Of a DNA stretch of 64,000 bases, positions 61,836-64,000 are shown one piece after another. Source of the DNA: Deltaproteobacteria bacterium (GTDB lineage: Bacteria; Desulfobacterota; Desulfobacteria; Desulfobacterales; SG8-13); the NCBI GenBank assembly GCA_041299015.1, contig JBFYWB010000054.1, forward strand, positions 2,526 through 66,525. Direction: 5' to 3'. Position numbers and translations under genes: made by a program. How positions within the stretch are numbered: the first letter of the stretch is position 1; each line of letters starts with the position of its first letter. The notes under the pieces are model-generated. The model saw nothing but the letters and a program-made list of their open reading frames with translations, searched no databases and was not told the origin of the DNA.

Positions 61836-63306
61836 CCGCCCTTTGACCTTTCGGCTGAGACCTTCAGCCCGATACCACTGCCTGCCCGACGGGAAGACGG
61901 CGCTGGTGCTGCTCTTCCCACTGCGGGCGGTGTTTGTTCATGCGTTCTGGCATCCGGTGCCGGCCTGCCTGGGCCATGATGCGTGGGTGCCGCTGGAACG
62001 AATCGCAGAAGCGGTGCCCCATATTACTTCCGAACAGATCGAACTCTTCCTGAACACCCTGATTCAAAAGGGGTACGTCACCCAGGAAGGCTTTCCCCTG
62101 CTCGATGACGCCGATTATCCGACGGTGTCCGTCATCATACCGGTCAGAAACCGGCCAGAGGAGATCACCGCCTGCCTTAGCACATTGACCCGCCTCGATT
62201 ATCCGGCCGAAAAGCTGGAGATCATCGTGGTGGACGATGCCTCCGAAGATGTCACCCCCGAGGCGGTGGCCCGATTCCATGAGGCACGCCTCCTCCGGAT
62301 GCAGCAGCACCGTCAGGCATCTTTTTGCCGCAATCGGGCCGCCGAAGCCGCCCGGGGAGACATCCTGGCATTCATCGATTCGGATTGCCTGGCCGATCCC
62401 ACCTGGCTCAAGGAATTGGTGCCCGCGTTTCGAGACGCGTCACTCGGCGCATTGGGCGGCTGGGTCGATGCCGCCTTCGAAGAAAACGGGCTGGACCGGT
62501 ATGAAAAGGTCAAGTCGTCTCTCAAGATAGGGGCCTGGTTTAAGCGATCCGAACAGGCCGAACGCTTTTTTTATGTGCCCGCCTGTAATTTCCTGGTCAG
62601 AAGAGAGGCTTTTTTAAGCCTGGGCGGCTTCCGGGAGACCCTTAATGTGGGCGAAGATGTCGATTTGTGTTGGCGGTTGCAAGACGCGGGACATATTTTG
62701 GAATATCGACCCATGGGCAGGGTGGCCCACAAGCACCGGAACCGCCTCGCCGCCTTTTGCACCAGGCGCTTCGATTACGGTACCTCCGAACCCATGCTCC
62801 AGCAGCTGCACACCGGCCGGGTGAAAACCCTTTATCTGCCTTGGTCCGAATCCCTTTTCTGGCTGATCGTCATCCTGTCGATGGCGCTGAAAACTGCCCT
62901 GCCTCTTTTGCTGGGTGCGGGGTTGCTCCTGGTGGACGCTATAAGAAAACACGGCAAACTGAAGACCCGGCGGATCCCTGTCACGCAATGCCAGGTTTTC
63001 ACGGCCATCATCCGCGGCTATCTATCCTTCTTCTATCATTGTTGCAGTTTTATATCCCGTTATTACCTGGTCGTCGTGCCGGCGGTATTGCTCTTGTCTC
63101 CACTGACTGCCGCCGTTATTTTCGGGATGCATCTGACAGCCGGCATTGTAGAATATATGGTCAAGAAACCGCGCCTGAATCCGTTGTCGTTTTTGCTCTT
63201 TTTCACCTTGGAACAGGTATCCTATCAATCCGGTGTGTGGTGGGAGTGCATTCATCGGGTCAACTTCCACCCGGTGCTGCCGAGGATCATTCACAAGCGG
63301 AGTTGA
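61822..63306 (+). CDS. Family-2 glycosyltransferase with an extra N-terminal domain and C-terminal TM helices
   Basis: VSVIIPVRNRPEEITACLSTL ... IIVVDDASED ... LAFIDSDC, then 4-5 C-terminal TM helices. The start is uncertain, and the ORF overlaps the etfB 3' end. Confidence 0.75.
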   Translation: MQTHNRPLTFRLRPSARYHCLPDGKTALVLLFPLRAVFVHAFWHPVPACLGHDAWVPLERIAEAVPHITSEQIELFLNTLIQKGYVTQEGFPLLDDADYPTVSVIIPVRNRPEEITACLSTLTRLDYPAEKLEIIVVDDASEDVTPEAVARFHEARLLRMQQHRQASFCRNRAAEAARGDILAFIDSDCLADPTWLKELVPAFRDASLGALGGWVDAAFEENGLDRYEKVKSSLKIGAWFKRSEQAERFFYVPACNFLVRREAFLSLGGFRETLNVGEDVDLCWRLQDAGHILEYRPMGRVAHKHRNRLAAFCTRRFDYGTSEPMLQQLHTGRVKTLYLPWSESLFWLIVILSMALKTALPLLLGAGLLLVDAIRKHGKLKTRRIPVTQCQVFTAIIRGYLSFFYHCCSFISRYYLVVVPAVLLLSPLTAAVIFGMHLTAGIVEYMVKKPRLNPLSFLLFFTLEQVSYQSGVWWECIHRVNFHPVLPRIIHKRS

Positions 63307-63472
63307 TGCCTGATGATTGATGCCGGTCCGGGAAACGTGACAGAAACCCTCATTGAGACACTGCCGGCATCGGAGGAGTCCGTCCGAATCTGTCGCTTTG
63401 CAGGTCGGTTTTCGTGAATGCCGTCATTGTCATCATAATTATCCTTAAAAGCATTTTTAAAGGAGACATCAC

Positions 63473-63748
63473 ATGCCAAAGTACATCATCGAACGCGAAT
63501 TGCCGGGCGCCGGGAATCTTGGAGACGATCAGATTCAGGGCATTTCACAAAAATCATGCCAGGTACTGGGTGAATTGGGGCCCCAGATTCAATGGGTGGA
63601 AAGCTTTGTTACCGATGATAAAATCTATTGTGTGTACATTGCCCCCAGCAAGGATTTGATCGAAAAGCACGCGCAGCAAGGCGGCTTTCCGGCAAACCAA
63701 ATCTCGAAAGTCAGGCGAATGATCGATCCGACGAGCGCCGAAGGATAA
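63473..63748 (+). CDS. DUF4242-family small protein
   Basis: MPKYIIERELPGAG ... VQWVESFVTDDKIYCVYIAPS ... AAAGGAGA lies upstream. Confidence 0.65.
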   Translation: MPKYIIERELPGAGNLGDDQIQGISQKSCQVLGELGPQIQWVESFVTDDKIYCVYIAPSKDLIEKHAQQGGFPANQISKVRRMIDPTSAEG

Positions 63749-63775
63749 ACCACTATTTACCAAAGGAGGTCACTC

Positions 63776-64000
63776 ATGGCTGATCGCAAAGTCACCGTGA
63801 TCGCGCGGCTAAAGGCCAAGCCCGGTTTGGAGGAGAAAGTCAAGAGAGAAGTCATGAATCTGGTAGCACCGACCCGAGCGGAAGCCGGGTGCATCAATTA
63901 CGACCTGCACCTATCATCCGACGACCCGACGCTCTTGATGCTCTACGAAAACTGGGTCAGCAAGAAGGCTCTGGACGAGCACCTGGCCATGCCCTATCTG
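63776..64000 (+). CDS. Antibiotic-biosynthesis-monooxygenase (ABM) domain protein. It runs off the 3' edge and is absent from the ORF track.
   Basis: The ATG at 63776 follows AAAGGAGG. The protein reads MADRKVTVIARLKAKPGLEEKVKREVMNLVAPTRAEAGCINYDLH ... LMLYENWVSKKALDEH. Confidence 0.7.
   Translation, partial: MADRKVTVIARLKAKPGLEEKVKREVMNLVAPTRAEAGCINYDLHLSSDDPTLLMLYENWVSKKALDEHLAMPYL

Noticed and set aside
1-64000. tRNA or rRNA genes, CRISPR arrays, IS elements, integrases and prophage genes
   Set aside because: I scanned the intergenic regions on both strands. I found no T-arm/GTTCGAATC-type tRNA signatures and no regularly spaced direct repeats. I also found no transposase, integrase or phage-like ORFs. 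The window looks like core chromosome.

Overview
This is a 64-kb chromosomal window of about 58-60% GC. Gene content suggests an anaerobic Desulfobacterota-type sulfate reducer or syntroph: rubrerythrin and rubredoxin, a small siroheme sulfite reductase, a multiheme cytochrome c, an HdrD-like Fe-S protein, EtfAB, and many sigma-54 promoters. I support about 50 protein-coding genes. By eye I found no rRNA, tRNA, CRISPR array or mobile element. The ORF track omits two edge-truncated genes (MltD-like at the 5' end, ABM-domain at the 3' end) and one gene under 60 aa (rubredoxin). Many track ORFs carry spurious N-terminal extensions, which I trimmed to starts with an RBS. Main observations:

- **Riboswitch.** A GEMM-I (c-di-GMP-I) riboswitch-like leader sits on the minus strand, with a consensus promoter and a terminator. 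It precedes an uncharacterised 166-aa gene.
- **Redox module (53.0-61.8 kb).** A sigma-54-driven cluster holds two TMADH/dienoyl-CoA-reductase-like flavoproteins. Its etfA and etfB are separated by a heptaheme cytochrome c and a membrane HdrED-like Fe-S protein.
- **Beta-lysine operon.** Lysine 2,3-aminomutase, two Ddl-like ATP-grasp ligases and a GNAT-HDAC-GNAT protein are translationally coupled.
- **Glucan pair.** An OpgG-like lipoprotein is followed by an 1826-aa protein with a polytopic membrane domain and a GH94 domain, with no glycosyltransferase nearby.
- **Phe leader.** A Phe-codon leader ORF with mutually exclusive hairpins and tandem terminators lies upstream of a DAHP synthase-prephenate dehydratase fusion.
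- **Smaller items.** An orphan YcaO, a HisH-HisF fusion, a DAC-like domain with a degenerate RHR motif, an SD-occluding hairpin before mgtE, and a ParB/AsnC fusion.

All calls come from reading the sequence and recognising motifs. No database search was run.
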